Assembly (NCBI GenBank): GCA_964035545.1 | Contig: OZ037773.1 | Coordinates: 2,323,751 to 2,387,750 of the forward strand | Length of the DNA stretch: 64,000 nucleotides | Direction of reading: 5' to 3' | Source: Bugula neritina | Lineage: Eukaryota; Animalia; Bryozoa | Part shown: positions 1 to 13,172 of the stretch, one piece after another | How positions within the stretch are numbered: the first letter of the stretch is position 1 | How the letters are laid out: every line of letters starts with the position of its first letter | The notes under the pieces: model-generated | What the model was told of the DNA's origin: nothing | Databases searched by the model: none | The model's input: only the letters and a program-made list of their open reading frames with translations | Translations under genes and position numbers: made by a program

Positions 1-512
1 ATATAGCCATTTCTGATATTTCTGTAAAATATCAAAGACATCACGGTAAGACTACAAAACTACAAGTTGAAGCTTCCCTAATATATACATCTGATGAGGT
101 TAAAGCTTTGCCATTTTATACATAATACAAAACACTCTGCTGTTGCTACTAGTAGATAGTCATGATAATCATTATATATTACACCACTGAGGGAATATAC
201 ATGTATTTGACTGAAATAAATTGTGATTTGCTCATTTGCTCCCCCCTCTCCCTTCCGTACTCCAGTCACAAACCTGATCAGCCATGCATGCATCTTAGCT
301 ACAGTTCATAGAAAAAAGTTCACTCGAAATGTTGTAGTAAATGTTACTAAAGTTATTTTTTAGTAAAAGTTCCTCTGAAGTGAAAATAACAGAATATTTT
401 TAGTTCTAAACAGTAATGATAATGGCACTGCAGAACTAAGAGACGTGCGTTTGATTTTGCCTTCCTCTGCTATCCGTAGTTGCACAAACTGTACAACTAA
501 AACATGAATTTT
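1..512 (+). mobile_element. Internal fragment of the non-autonomous TIR DNA transposon seen complete at 49782-51084
   Basis: Aligns by eye with about 50244-50750 (atatagccatttct...aaaacatgaatttt). Similarity stops where the Penelope-like fragment begins. Confidence 0.8.
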
Positions 513-519
513 ATATATA

Positions 520-1160
520 ATATACCAAACGACAAGCTCCCTGGCAACCACCAGTAACACTATGAAAACATGCAATTGCAAGTGTCTACTCTCTAATATC
601 ATATACCAGGCCACCATAACATCACTAAACAGCTCAAACACATACATCGGACTATGTGAAACTAACTTTAAAAAGCGCCTATACAATCACTCCTGCTCTT
701 TCAAGCATAAAAGATACAGAAATGCCACAGAGTTGAGTAAGCATATATGGACAAAGGCACCAGCTACACAATCAACTGGAAGATTATTAGTCATGCGCCC
801 AGCTATAACCCCAACTCTAAACGTTGCATGCTATGCACTTTAGAAAAATATTATATTATATGCAAACCCAGCCTATGTACATTAAATAAAAGATCTGCGT
901 TAAAATCAACATGCAGGCATAGCTCTAAGTTTTACTTAAACCGGTTCAAATATATAAGCTTTGTTTAATAATAATGCCTATTTTTCCTTTTAATACTTTA
1001 GCTATATTTTAAATCCATACAATTTTTACATTCCAATTCTGTTGTTTCACTATTTTATACATCACCCTGACGAGTGGCAGTAATTTCATGCTACGAAACA
1101 AATTTGTAGGTGATATAATTGATTTTAAATAAAAGATCTTAGTCAATTACAACCTTCATA
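520..1160 (+). mobile_element. 5'-truncated Penelope-like retroelement: frameshifted GIY-YIG endonuclease C-terminus plus 3' terminal region
   Basis: ORFs 562-843 and 747-968 join near 750 into [12 protein letters not shown]...[16 protein letters not shown]...TELSKHIW / WKII...[13 protein letters not shown]...LNKRS. This has the IIY/YIG, R, H, E and N motifs of a GIY-YIG nuclease. It is followed by a hammerhead motif, AATAAA and a (TA)n tract. Confidence 0.85.
1061..1114 (+). ncRNA. Type I minimal hammerhead ribozyme
   Basis: ATCACC (stem I) - CTGACGA core (1067-1073) - GTGGCA/TGCTAC stem II - GAAA (1095-1098) - palindromic stem III ACAAATTTGT - GTA cleavage triplet ending at 1108 - GGTGAT (stem I complement). 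Confidence 0.9.
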
Positions 1161-1161
1161 C

Positions 1162-2013
<852 letters not shown>

Positions 2014-2822
2014 ATTTATTTTAAATATAACTTCAACTATAACACTACAATTTAATAATAGATACATTGATGACAAGAAAAATGAAACATAAAACATTAC
2101 AAAATTGTTGCATAACAATGTTCAACATACCTCTATTACCCTTCCTGGTGAGAGTTAGAATTAAATATATAAAGTTGTGATAGTGGAAGTTTAAATATTT
2201 ACATGTATCATGTACAAAATCAAAAATGACTCGTGAGAACTACACTAGTCAGTGGAGAAAAGCATCAGACTGGCATGAAGGCATAAAACAAATCAGCTAC
2301 TATAATTCCTGGCTACAAGCTATAAAAAGCTGACAGCTATTCTGGTAGCAAAATCATTGCATTGTAATAGTGAAAACAAAGCTATCTGTGGTTTAAAAAG
2401 CTGTGGCTAAGTGAGTAGCTAAGTGAGTATATGAGTGAATGGTGATAAATTGTCCTGCGTCACTGCAAGTGATGATTTGAATAAATTGAGCAAAAGTTAA
2501 GACAATGTAGTAGTGTTATAATTTCCAGAATTGTGGGTTGGTGTGCAATCAAGTGACTCTTATTCAGTATGCTAGAGAAACTTCGCCAGTGTAATCCGAG
2601 TAATACTAATAAATTTTATACACAATGATACATCACGAAAACTACAGTTATACAAATAAATTCAGCTAATCGATATGGTCTATACTCTATACAGTTCACC
2701 AGCCTAACTCATTAACTACAACGCGGGAAGCTATCACTACAAAAACTGTCAGTCATTCCGATTGGTTGTCTGCTGTCTCGGGTCATCCCAACGACCCCGT
2801 GCTGCACTCATGGGGAAATAAC

Positions 2823-3342
2823 CACGGGCTTTCCATGTACCGATCTAAGATCGATCTCAAAAATGTGCTCAGTTTTTCTATGAGAGTGTCAGATCGATCT
2901 CGCGAAGTTGCCTCCTCTTAAGTGAAGGGTACTTTAAAAATATAATTTGTTTACCTAATTGAGTGATTAAAGCTACTACTGTTGAAAACAAGACGGTCGT
3001 AGTCTAAAATTTAATCCCAGCTATAAACTGTACGCAGCAAAGCTTTCAGTGTATGGTAATTTGGCCAATTTAACATAAAAATTTTTAATTTTTTAGCTTG
3101 ACAGGTTATATAAAATTAATGGCTGTCTTGCAGATTAATAATAAACTTACGGGACTGTTGGGCTTAAAATTACAAAGAAAATAGCTTATGAAACTAAGTT
3201 TTAATAGTCATTTAAATTCAATTTAAATTCTCCCATTTCTTACCTTCTGCTGCATATAATTGAGTTTTCTTAATCATTGTACTGAAAGTCAAAGTTTTGG
3301 CATCTGAAAAGGTAGCTATCATAATCATTTAATACTTTGCTT
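2823..3342 (+). mobile_element. Diverged, 3'-truncated copy of the CAC..GTG MITE family
   Basis: Starts CACGGGCTTTCCATG and follows the 11662-12402 element for about 520 bp. The flanks differ, so this is an independent insertion. Confidence 0.75.
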
Positions 3343-3439
3343 AGTAATTTACTTATTGCGCTAGTAGCTCTACGGGCCACCACAATACTACTGTATCCAT
3401 CTTCAAATCATAGGATATAGCCGCATAGTACGTGTATTA

Positions 3440-3660
3440 TAATACTCACTCACGCAAGTTTATAGTTGCTATCCCTGTGAGAAACCCCTGATGGAAAGGG
3501 GTTTTAGCAAAATCTGGCTAAATACTTTTTCAGATGAGGCACAGGAGCAATTATGACTGGATGCTCTTCCTAGTATCACTAATGGCTTTTGTCGGTTTGA
3601 ACCCATGACTTGGTGTTCACTAAGCAAACGATCCAACCTCTAAACCACGACTGCTCTCTA
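3440..3660 (-). mobile_element. tRNA-derived SINE
   Basis: Minus strand reads gcagtcgTGGTTTAGAGGttgg (A-box-like) ... GGTTCAAACC (B-box), then a body ggaagagcatccagtc and a short (GAGT)n-like tail. Confidence 0.6.
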
Positions 3661-3862
3661 GTACATATTATATTTTAGTACATTAATATTTTTAAATGTT
3701 CAGTAAGAGTTGTATGCCCTCACTACTTGTTGTCGGCTATTATGACTGAGCTAGAAATAACAATTTTCTAGTTCATTGGTTATCAATAATGTTATAGTTA
3801 ATTTACGATGTTTTCAGGTCGATCAATTTACTAAAATTATGTAAACAACTCTTAACATCAAT

Positions 3863-5118
3863 CAGTGTGGTATATTTAAGAGTGTTGACTTTAAACCATG
3901 AAAAATCATTATGTCGCTAATGGTACCGCAAGTTTATATAAGTTATAAGGAAAAATTTTGCCACTTTTGTGATTTTATTTTTCTTTTTATATTATTTGTT
4001 CATTTTTTTTAGTTTTGTTTGTTGGTAAAGTTTTTAAACATATTTTCAATACATATAAAATTTTAAAAAAAATTAAAACTTAATCATGCACGTAAATACA
4101 AAGCTATAAAGTTTAAGCTTCGCTGTGATTACAATGTGAATAATGCTTGCAATAACCATTTTACACAAAATACGTTACAGTTGCTATAAATGTAAGACTA
4201 GTAAATTGGATGCAAATAGGCACGGTAATACTATTTAATTTATGCTATTTTTGAAATTTGTAGTAAATATTCGGCATGTATTATATATATATATATATAC
4301 ATATATACATATATATATATTATAATAATATATTATATATTTTTATATTATGTATTGTTATATTATATATATATTATATAAGTATAAGAATATTATATAT
4401 AATATATATATATATATATATTATAATAATATATTATATAATATAATAATATAATATATTATTATATTATATATTATATTATATATATATTATATATATA
4501 TATATAATATCATATAAAATATATTATTATATTATATTATTTACAAAATATATATATATATTATAATAATATATTATATATTATTATATATTATATATTA
4601 TATTATTATATATATATTATACAAGTATAATAATATTATATATAATATATATATATATTATAATAATATATATATATATATTAGAATAATATATTATATA
4701 TTATTATATTATATATTACAATATATATATAATATATATAATATCATATAAAATATATTATTATATTATATTATTTATAATATATATATATATATATATT
4801 ATAATAATATATTATATATTATTATATATTATATATTATATTATATTATATATATTATACAAGTATAATAATATTATATATAATATATATATATATATTA
4901 TAATAATATATATATATATATATATTAGAATAATATATTATATATTATTATATTATATATTATATTATATATTATATTATATATTATATTATATATATAA
5001 TATCATATATAATGTATTATTATATTATATATTATATTATATATGATATATATATATATATATTATAATAATATATTATACATTAATATATTATATATTA
5101 TATATATATAATAATATC

Positions 5119-5163
<45 letters not shown>

Positions 5164-5320
5164 ATATCATTATATATATAATGTATATAATTTAATATAT
5201 AATATAATAATATATTATATATGATATTATATATATATATAATATAATATATAATATAATAATATATTATATATATTATATATGATATTATTATATATAT
5301 AATATAATATATAATATAAT

Positions 5321-5382
<62 letters not shown>

Positions 5383-5821
5383 GCCAAATATTTACTACAA
5401 AATTCAAAAATAGCATAAATTAAGTAGTATTGCCGTGTCTATTTGCATCCAATTAACTAGTCTTACATTTATAGCAACTGTAACGTATTTTGTGTATAAT
5501 GGTTATTGCAAGCATTATTCAATTCATATTCACAATAAAATCACAGCGAAACTTTAACTTTATAGCTTTGTATTTATGTGCATGATTGAGTTTTAATTTT
5601 TCTTTTAATTTTATGTGCATTAAAAATGTGTTTCAAAATTTTACCAATAAAAAAAATTTAAAAAAATGGACACATAAAATAGAAAAAAAAATAAAATAAC
5701 AAAAGTGGCAAAATTTTTCCTTTATAACTTATAAAAACTCGCGGTACCAATCTCGGCATAATGGCGCCCATATGATTCCGTAAGATTTGCTAATGGCAAC
5801 ACTCTTAAATATACCACACTG
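3863..5821. mobile_element. Non-autonomous foldback-type hAT-like DNA transposon with about 420-bp inverted arms and an AT-microsatellite core
   Basis: Termini CAGTGTGGTATATTTAAGAGTGTTG / CAACACTCTTAAATATACCACACTG. Perfect 8-bp TSD ACATCAAT at 3855-3862 and 5822-5829. Arms about 3863-4280 and 5380-5821. Confidence 0.9.
4281..5379. repeat. Degenerate (TA)n/(TATAT)n low-complexity tract
   Basis: Almost pure A/T, directly visible. Confidence 0.97.
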
Positions 5822-6231
5822 ACATCAATAAGGATTCCACTTCAGTCACAAGCAGGTGACATGCCTAATGCCTATATATATATAGCTCTAAGTTTTGTTT
5901 GTATTCCTCACTTAGAACTATGACAGTGTTGAACTTCAGCTAATATGCTATCTCATGTAACCCATCACCTTGCTGCAATACTATAGTCATCAGTTGATTT
6001 GATATCTTATTTGTTTAGTTTTATTTGATATCCTTCATTAGGTTTTGGCAAAGGCAGATATAATATTAGCAGCTAGAATGTTATAAAATAGGCAAGTAAC
6101 ATATCAGTCATTGTATGTGTTGTGTTTCGCTTAACAAATGTTTAACTTAAAGTTTCTGTAGTAGCTAAAACACTTTTGTGATGAAACAAAAGACAGTTCA
6201 GGCATATAATACATGTTGCTGTGGACTTTAG

Positions 6232-7181
6232 ATGAAATACTTCATGGAGGACATGTTGTATGATGCTGGTGTAGACGTGTTTATTGCTGGACATGAGCAT
6301 TTCTATGAAAGATCTTGGCCTATTTACGACACAAAGGTTGGTTGAACTTCTTCTTTATCTGCAGGGTGATGCTTATATTGTTTCTATCAACGTTGGGAGT
6401 GCACTCTTTTGATCATTTAAAATACTAAATGAAATTTATAGTATTTAATTTTGTGTGTTAGTCGTGCTGATTTATTCTAATGTTTGTGTGGTCTTGAGCA
6501 TTTAGGAATTGTCTTTACTTACTTTGCATACTTTTATGATTTCTCAGGTGTGTAATGAGCGCTTACAGAACACAGAATTATGGGTATAGTAGGTTTCACT
6601 TTGTCAATGGGACGCATCTGCTTGTGGAATGGGTGAGTGGAGAAAGACCAATGCATCGTGAATCGAATGCGTGTCAATATGGTCATAGTTTCCTATTGCA
6701 ATTGATTTCAAGAATACCTCTGAAACAAGCTATAGATTGTACCTACCACTCTTATTTATCTTAAATAATTAGAGAAACCAGTTTTAAGTTCTCATGCACT
6801 TTATAATTTTATTTATTTGCAAAATCTTCTGTTTAATTATATAGGCCAAAGTTTAGTAAGCAAATTAATTCTCAGTTTTATACTTCAGTTGTAGTGTATT
6901 TTATTCGCTTAGATATTTAGCAAAAGTGGTTTACGGAGTTAGCAGTAAAATTGAAAATCTTTGCATCCTATATTTTTATCTATATGTAGAGTTTTTTAAC
7001 CTATTTCCATTAGCATCTGTATTCGACCTTCAGGTTAGCAGGGGCAGATAATTCTACTGTTTATGCTCTGTAGGTTGACGATGAGCAGGATGGTAAAGTA
7101 ACAGATTCCAACTGGATTATTAAACATAAGCATGGAGCTGGCACTTACGACTGTCACCTCAGAGAAGGGAAACGCTGGTAG
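6232..7181 (+). pseudogene. ACP7: Purple acid phosphatase (ACP7-like) 3' exons, diverged paralogue with an internal deletion
   Basis: Exon 6232-6336 MKYFMEDMLYDAGVDVFIAGHEHFYERSWPIYDTK (GHxH metal motif). Exon 6548-6632 joins VCN directly and out of frame to SAYRTQNYGYSRF. Last exon 7074-7181 VDDEQDGKVTDSNWIIKHKHG...RW*. Confidence 0.8.
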
Positions 7182-7962
7182 GCATCATATAGTTGACAAA
7201 GCAACTGCTTTATGCCAAGTGTTGGCGGTAACTGACTCACTGCTAATTTTTATGTTTTAAAAGTTGAATTTCCTTGACCAGCTTATCCAAGGGCTCTCTG
7301 CTTTTATATCATCATCATGTTTAAAATGCAATTAATTTATGAATAGTTATATATGTTTACATTGGTATTTAACTAAATTTCATAACATAGGAGGGCAAAA
7401 GCGTCTTATGTTTTGATAGATTTTGTATTTCTACAATCCGGAACATTCATGTGCAAAACATTCTCTAGTTTTTTTATTGATATTACTATTAAATGGTGGA
7501 ATACTTTTAAATATTCTGTATTTTTTTCAATCATTGATATTTGAAATGTAAGTTAACCCATTATTTTTTCACATGGATTAAAGACAGAGTTTTACACTAT
7601 AACTTTGCAATGCAAAGAAAAAAATTTATTTTCACAAATGCACCAGTTTTTTTAACAATCTCATATCTTGTGACACTAAGGTAAATGATATTTATATTTA
7701 CTTCAGTACATATTTATTTAGCCAAAATATAGACTGCATAATCCATCTTTAATGATGAAAGCATTGTGATGCACTGTTTCACAAATATAGATTTATTGTA
7801 CTTGTTTGCGGAGACTATTGATAAATATTTCAACAACTTATATCTGCATTTACAGTTGACATCTACAGTAAACGCTGTAATCAATGAATTTACAAGAGAG
7901 TTATCTCCCCTCTGTACAATTTTTCCATGAAATAGTCGGACTAGGAGTCACAGTGTGGATAT

Positions 7963-8529
7963 AAAAATTGACAGGTGGGTGGAGCCTATGGCACAATATC
8001 ATATTGCTTTCCTGGATGTATCTGTAATTCTCTCAGTACAGCCACAATCTTTTGTTGTAGCATCTAGAATGTCAACTTTTAGTATGCAGACATTCTATAG
8101 TATCCTTATGAGTCACACCACTTTCTAATTTATTCTGACCAACAGAACGTTTTCCCCCCAGCTTTGAAAACTACAAACTCAGAGTTATCTTCCCCTAGTT
8201 TAGGAAGTTTCCTTTTTACTCAATATTAATGCTTTTTATCAATTTGGTTGACATTGCTCTAGTATAAATTGAAGTTTAACTTGGTTTTATTAGCTGATAG
8301 CTCATTTGTAATAGATAAAGGAAATACTGCTTCAAACACAGGAACATGGAACTTTTCATCTTTGAAATAGCTATATTAGCATTTAATACGTTTTATTGTT
8401 GTTTGATACCAAAATATATGTACTCTGCCAGTTACACACAATAACAAAATGCAACTTTATAGCCTTCAGATAAAGAATATTTTAGAATAATGAGAGCAGA
8501 AATGAGTGAACGGGAATATTTGTTTACTT
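7963..8529 (-). repeat. Left arm of a long inverted repeat flanking the H2B cassette (partner about 10950-11535)
   Basis: 8221 caatattaatgctttttatcaatttggttgacattgctctag is the reverse complement of about 11235-11277. The match extends over about 570 bp. Confidence 0.85.
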
Positions 8530-9789
8530 AGTAGGCTATATGCATGTTACCAACTGTTGCTAGACATCAAGCTACCTAGCCTGCTGCATAATAATTATAA
8601 TACTTTTAATATCTAGGCTATTTCTACAATGATACATGGCTATGCTAAAACTTCTTTTGTATAAAACTAGCAGAATAATACTACAATAATAACAATGATA
8701 ATGATAATGCTTTTTCATGTTTATAAATACATGGCACACCTGTCTAAAGCATACATGTTATAAATTCCTCAATAGAATCTCAGAATGAAAATGCTTCATC
8801 AAGTAGGAAACAACAACATCAACTTCACACTGAGCTGTATAAAGAAATGTTTGAAATACAATTTATTAAACTCTGTGTGTATAATTGCTATTTAATTTTA
8901 ATTACTGAAATATTAAGTTTGAGAGTTGGAGCCAAAATTTAAAGAAGGCTAATTAAAAAGACAGTATAACCTACATCAAATTGAAATTACCTAACCATCT
9001 TCAAAATTGTATTCCTCAAATTACTCCAAGTTGTTAATTTTGCTCCCAACAACTAGTTGATGTAGAATATAAAAATTTTATAGCAAAAATACTGAACACA
9101 TGTATAATTAATGTTTTCATGAACATATGCATTTTGCACTTAGCTCCTTTGACCTGTACAATTATAGCTTAATTCCCAAAATATTTCTTTTTTTCGTCAG
9201 AAAATATTTTGTTTATATAGCCTATTTTGAATATCTGCTTAATATGTGTATATTGTATTATTTGTAGGCTAACAATATTAATTTTTCTTATAGGCCATTC
9301 TCACACCTGTGATTTCTTGATAAGAAAAATATCCAGGCTCTGCATCAAGAAGAACCTATCTATACCTTGAATGGTAGGAGTTCAGCTATTCCCATGTACT
9401 TGGTTATTTAGGTAGGTTATCTGCAATTTACACACTGTATATGAGTAAATGCACAAGTGCCGCTATGTGAACTTATGAATAGATTGGTGAGCACAATACT
9501 GATTATTTGGAGTGAGTAATGTTTTTTTTTTGAAAGAAATATTTAATAATTCTCATTTTGCCTTACAAAAGTGACCAAACTTTTTAAAAAGTTTAAAGTT
9601 CTGGTTAAATAAAAATAAATAAGCTATGCACTAATGATGATATATACAAAGTTAGGTCAAAATCTACATTATATCAATAATTGTTGAAAAGTACAATATT
9701 ATTTTGAAGTTTAAAGTAATTTATTGGAATTCAACTCAAAGTTGCCTATACCAATTTCCCCAACAGTTTGACGTGGCTATATTGTATAA

Positions 9790-9940
9790 GATATGCAAAT
9801 TAGATTGTTCTACGAGTTTCATTGGTCTAGGACAAATAATTGTTTTCAATGTAAACATTAGGGCACACTAAGGCGTCAGTTTAAGCTACCGCCATCTGAT
9901 TGGATAATTTCTAACTACTGTTGATACATATAAATACAGA
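9790..9940 (+). promoter_or_regulatory. H2B-type promoter: octamer, two inverted CCAAT boxes, TATA
   Basis: ATGCAAAT 9793-9800, ATTGG 9821-9825 and 9899-9903, TATAAATA 9929-9936. The same layout precedes 24284, 47605 and 56398. Confidence 0.75.
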
Positions 9941-10035
9941 GTGCTCTAAGATCTGAACATCATTTAGCATCAAACTACTGTTGCAGTCACTACATCGAGA
10001 ACAAGCATTCAACATTATCACTATAACTGAACAGC

Positions 10036-10410
10036 ATGCCTCTTAAAGTTAGCTACAAAGGTGCCAAGAAAGCAGCAAAGGCTAAAGCAGCTCCAATGTC
10101 TGGAGACAAGAGAAAACAAATAAAAGGCAATGGAAGTTACAGCACATACATTACTTACAACGTGTTGAAGCAAGTCCACCAAGACACTGGTGTATCTAGC
10201 AGCGCCATGAGGATCATGGAGAGCTTTGTCAATGATATGTTCCATATAGTAGTGAATGAAGCATCTAGATTGGCAGACTACAACAGGAAGTCCATGATAA
10301 CAAGCCGAGAGGTAGAGACTGTCCTGAAGCTGATTCTGCCAGGAGAGTTAGCTAAGCATGCCTAGGCTGAGGGTACAAAGGCTGTAACTAAATACGCCAG
10401 CTCCAAGTAA
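10036..10410 (+). pseudogene. H2B: Divergent histone H2B copy with a premature stop
   Basis: GAG>TAG at 10363-10365 removes the alphaC helix ([14 protein letters not shown]). The frame continues to the normal TAA at 10408-10410. Confidence 0.9.
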
Positions 10411-10439
10411 TCTCTCCAAGCTCCATCACTAACCCCAAC

Positions 10440-10455
10440 GGCCCTTTTCAGGGCC
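10440..10455 (+). terminator. Histone mRNA 3' stem-loop
   Basis: GGCCCT-TTTC-AGGGCC preceded by CCAAC, with purine-rich GAAGAG about 15 nt downstream (HDE-like). Confidence 0.95.
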
Positions 10456-11661
10456 ACTAATGTTTACTTGAAGAGTTGTTCAAACTTATGAATAATAAAT
10501 TATTGATAAAACTTCTAGATATATATTGGGCTATATAAAGTTTGCAATGCACTCACTTATCAACATGTTCTATTTAAAATCTAAAATATGTAAAATAGTT
10601 TATACATAAACAACTGAATAAAAAGTATAATCTTATATCAGGCATAACCTACATCCCAGTAATTGTCCATCCCAGACTTCACAAATCAAAATAGTTATGT
10701 TGAAGTAGACTCCTGGTGCAACTTGTTCAGGTGCTGTTGTGTATAATAAACACGAATGGGTAGGTGGCCCATACTATAACTTATCGAAATCAAATCTTGC
10801 ATCACTTATAACATTGAAGAGAAGTCAGATATTATCACAATATTCTAATAGTGTAATTCCCTCTATTGTTTAATAGCAGGTTCTATTCAATTATGATATA
10901 TTGAGCTCTCTCTACAGTAGTAGTAACATGTGAAGACTTTGAGTATACAAGTAAGCAAATATTCTTGTTTACTTATTTCTGCATTGTTTAATAGGGTAGT
11001 TCTTATTATTTTAAAATATTTTTTATCTGAAGGCTATAAAGTTGCATTTTGTTATTGTGTGTAACTGGCAGAGTACACATATTCCGGTATCAAACAACAA
11101 TAAAACGTATTAAATGCTAATATAACTATTTCAAAGATGAAAAGTTCCATGTTCCTGTGTTTGAAGCGGTATTTCCTCTATCTATTACAAATGAGCTATC
11201 AGCTAATAAAACCAAGTTAAACTTCAATTTATACTAGAGCAATGTCAACCAAATTGATAAGAAGCATTAATATTGAGTAAAAAGGAAACTTCCTAAACTA
11301 GGGGAAGATAACTCTGAGTTTGCAGTTTTCAAAGCTGCGGAAAACGTTCTGTTGGTCAGAATAAATTAGAAAGTGGTGTGACTCATAAGGATACTATAGA
11401 ATGTCTGCATACTAAAAGTTGACATTCTAGATGCTACAACAAAAGAGTGGCTACTGAGAGAATTACAGATAGGCTACATCCAGGAAAGCAATATGATATT
11501 GTGCCATGCATAGGCTCCACCCACCTGTCAATTTTTTGTCACAAGTTTTTTGAGATACAGTTTTACAGGTTTACAATACTTCTAAAAAATATGCTAAAAG
11601 TATTACATTACACAAACAATACTCACAGTATATGATGTAGCATATGCTCTCAGTTTATCAT

Positions 11662-12402
11662 CACGGGCTTTCCATGGATCCATCTCAGCTAGATCGATCT
11701 GAAAAATGTGCTCAGATCAATCTATTTTTCATGACGATGTAAAATCGATCTGGCGTAGTTGCCTTCTCTTGAGTTAATACATTTTTCGAAGATAATTTGA
11801 TTACCCACCTGAGTCTAGAAATTAACGCCAGCCAAAATAAACTATATGCAGCCAAGCTTTTTCAGTAAAGTAATTTGGTCAATTTATAATAATTAATTTT
11901 AATCTTTTAGCTTGACAGCTTGTATAATAACATTAATAGCTGTCTTGCAGACTATTTATAAACTTACAGGTTTGTTAGGTTTGAAATTACACGGCAATAA
12001 CTTTAATGAAAGTAAGATTTACCAGCCACTTGAATTTAATTTAAATGCTTCCATTTTTTGTATACCTTCTATCATCTATACTTTAATATAATTTAGTTTT
12101 CTTAGTCATTGTACTGAAAATTAAAGTTTTGGCATCTGAAAAAGTGGTTTTCGTAATTATCAAGTACTTTGCTTTATACCAATTAGCAGTAAGTTATCAT
12201 TTTTATTAGAGGACAAAATTTTAGCAAACAGTCTTTTTCTACTTCTCATATCGATCTATCTTCCTTCTTTTCATGGTCTTATTGCCTTGAGATTGATCTG
12301 AGTTCAAGCTCCACAGACTGACCAGCTCAGATCTATGGAGATTGATCTTCCCAAATTTTCCATGGATTGATCTCACTGAGATCGATCCATGGAAAGCCGG
12401 TG
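11662..12402. mobile_element. About 740-bp MITE with CAC..GTG termini (CMC/Chapaev-like ends), inserted in a 25-bp minisatellite
   Basis: TIR CACGGGCTTTCCATGGATCCATCTCAG / CTGAGATCGATCCATGGAAAGCCGGTG with subterminal GATCGATCT repeats. No clean TSD is readable. Confidence 0.85.
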
Positions 12403-13172
12403 TATGTAGCATAATTATGCTCTCAGTTTATTAGGTAGCATGAACTCTTAGTCTATGATGTAGCATAATATACTCTCAGTCTATAATGTAACATATACTC
12501 TCAGTCTATAATGTAACATATGCTCTCAGTTAATAAAGGAGTGTATGCTCTCATGTATATAATTTAGCATACTTTCAGCCTATGATGTAGCATGCTCTCA
12601 GTCTATGCTGTAGCATACTTTCTGTCTATATGATATAGATTGCTATCAGTCTATGATGTAGTGTATGTTCTCAGTCTATATACTCTCAGTATACTGCAAT
12701 CATACATACATACATACATACATACACACATACATACACACATCCACGTATACATACACACAACCATACTCAATTCTCACTTAGATCTACCCGGTGAAAC
12801 ATCGTATATCTACTGTATCCACAAGTGATTTAGTAACTCTGTGTTGCAGCTGAGATATGCCTTAGAAGACACTCTGTATGAGGCCGGAGTGGACATGTAT
12901 ATTTCTGCCCATGAGCACTCCTATGAGCGGGCCTGGCCTATCTATGACAGAAAGGTATTCCCTGTCTGTTGTGCTTATATGTTGGGAAAGGGAGTTTTCT
13001 CCTCATGTAGATATGTACGTAGTCTATAATGTAGCATGCACTCTCAGTCTATGATGTAGCATATACTCTCAGTCTATGATGTAGTGTAAGCTCTCAGTCT
13101 ATGATGTAGCATATACTCTCAGTCTATGATGTAGCATATGCTCTCAGTCTATGATGTAGCATATACTCTCAG
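12403..13172 (+). repeat. 25-bp minisatellite (CTCTCAGTCTATGATGTAGCATATA) arrays on both sides of the first phosphatase exon
   Basis: Head-to-tail units without spacers at about 12403-12690 and 13020-13172. Confidence 0.9.

Noticed and set aside
10363-10365. Programmed stop read-through in the 10036 H2B copy
   Set aside because: Single G>T change relative to three intact paralogues and no recoding signal seen. A nonsense mutation or sequencing error is simpler.
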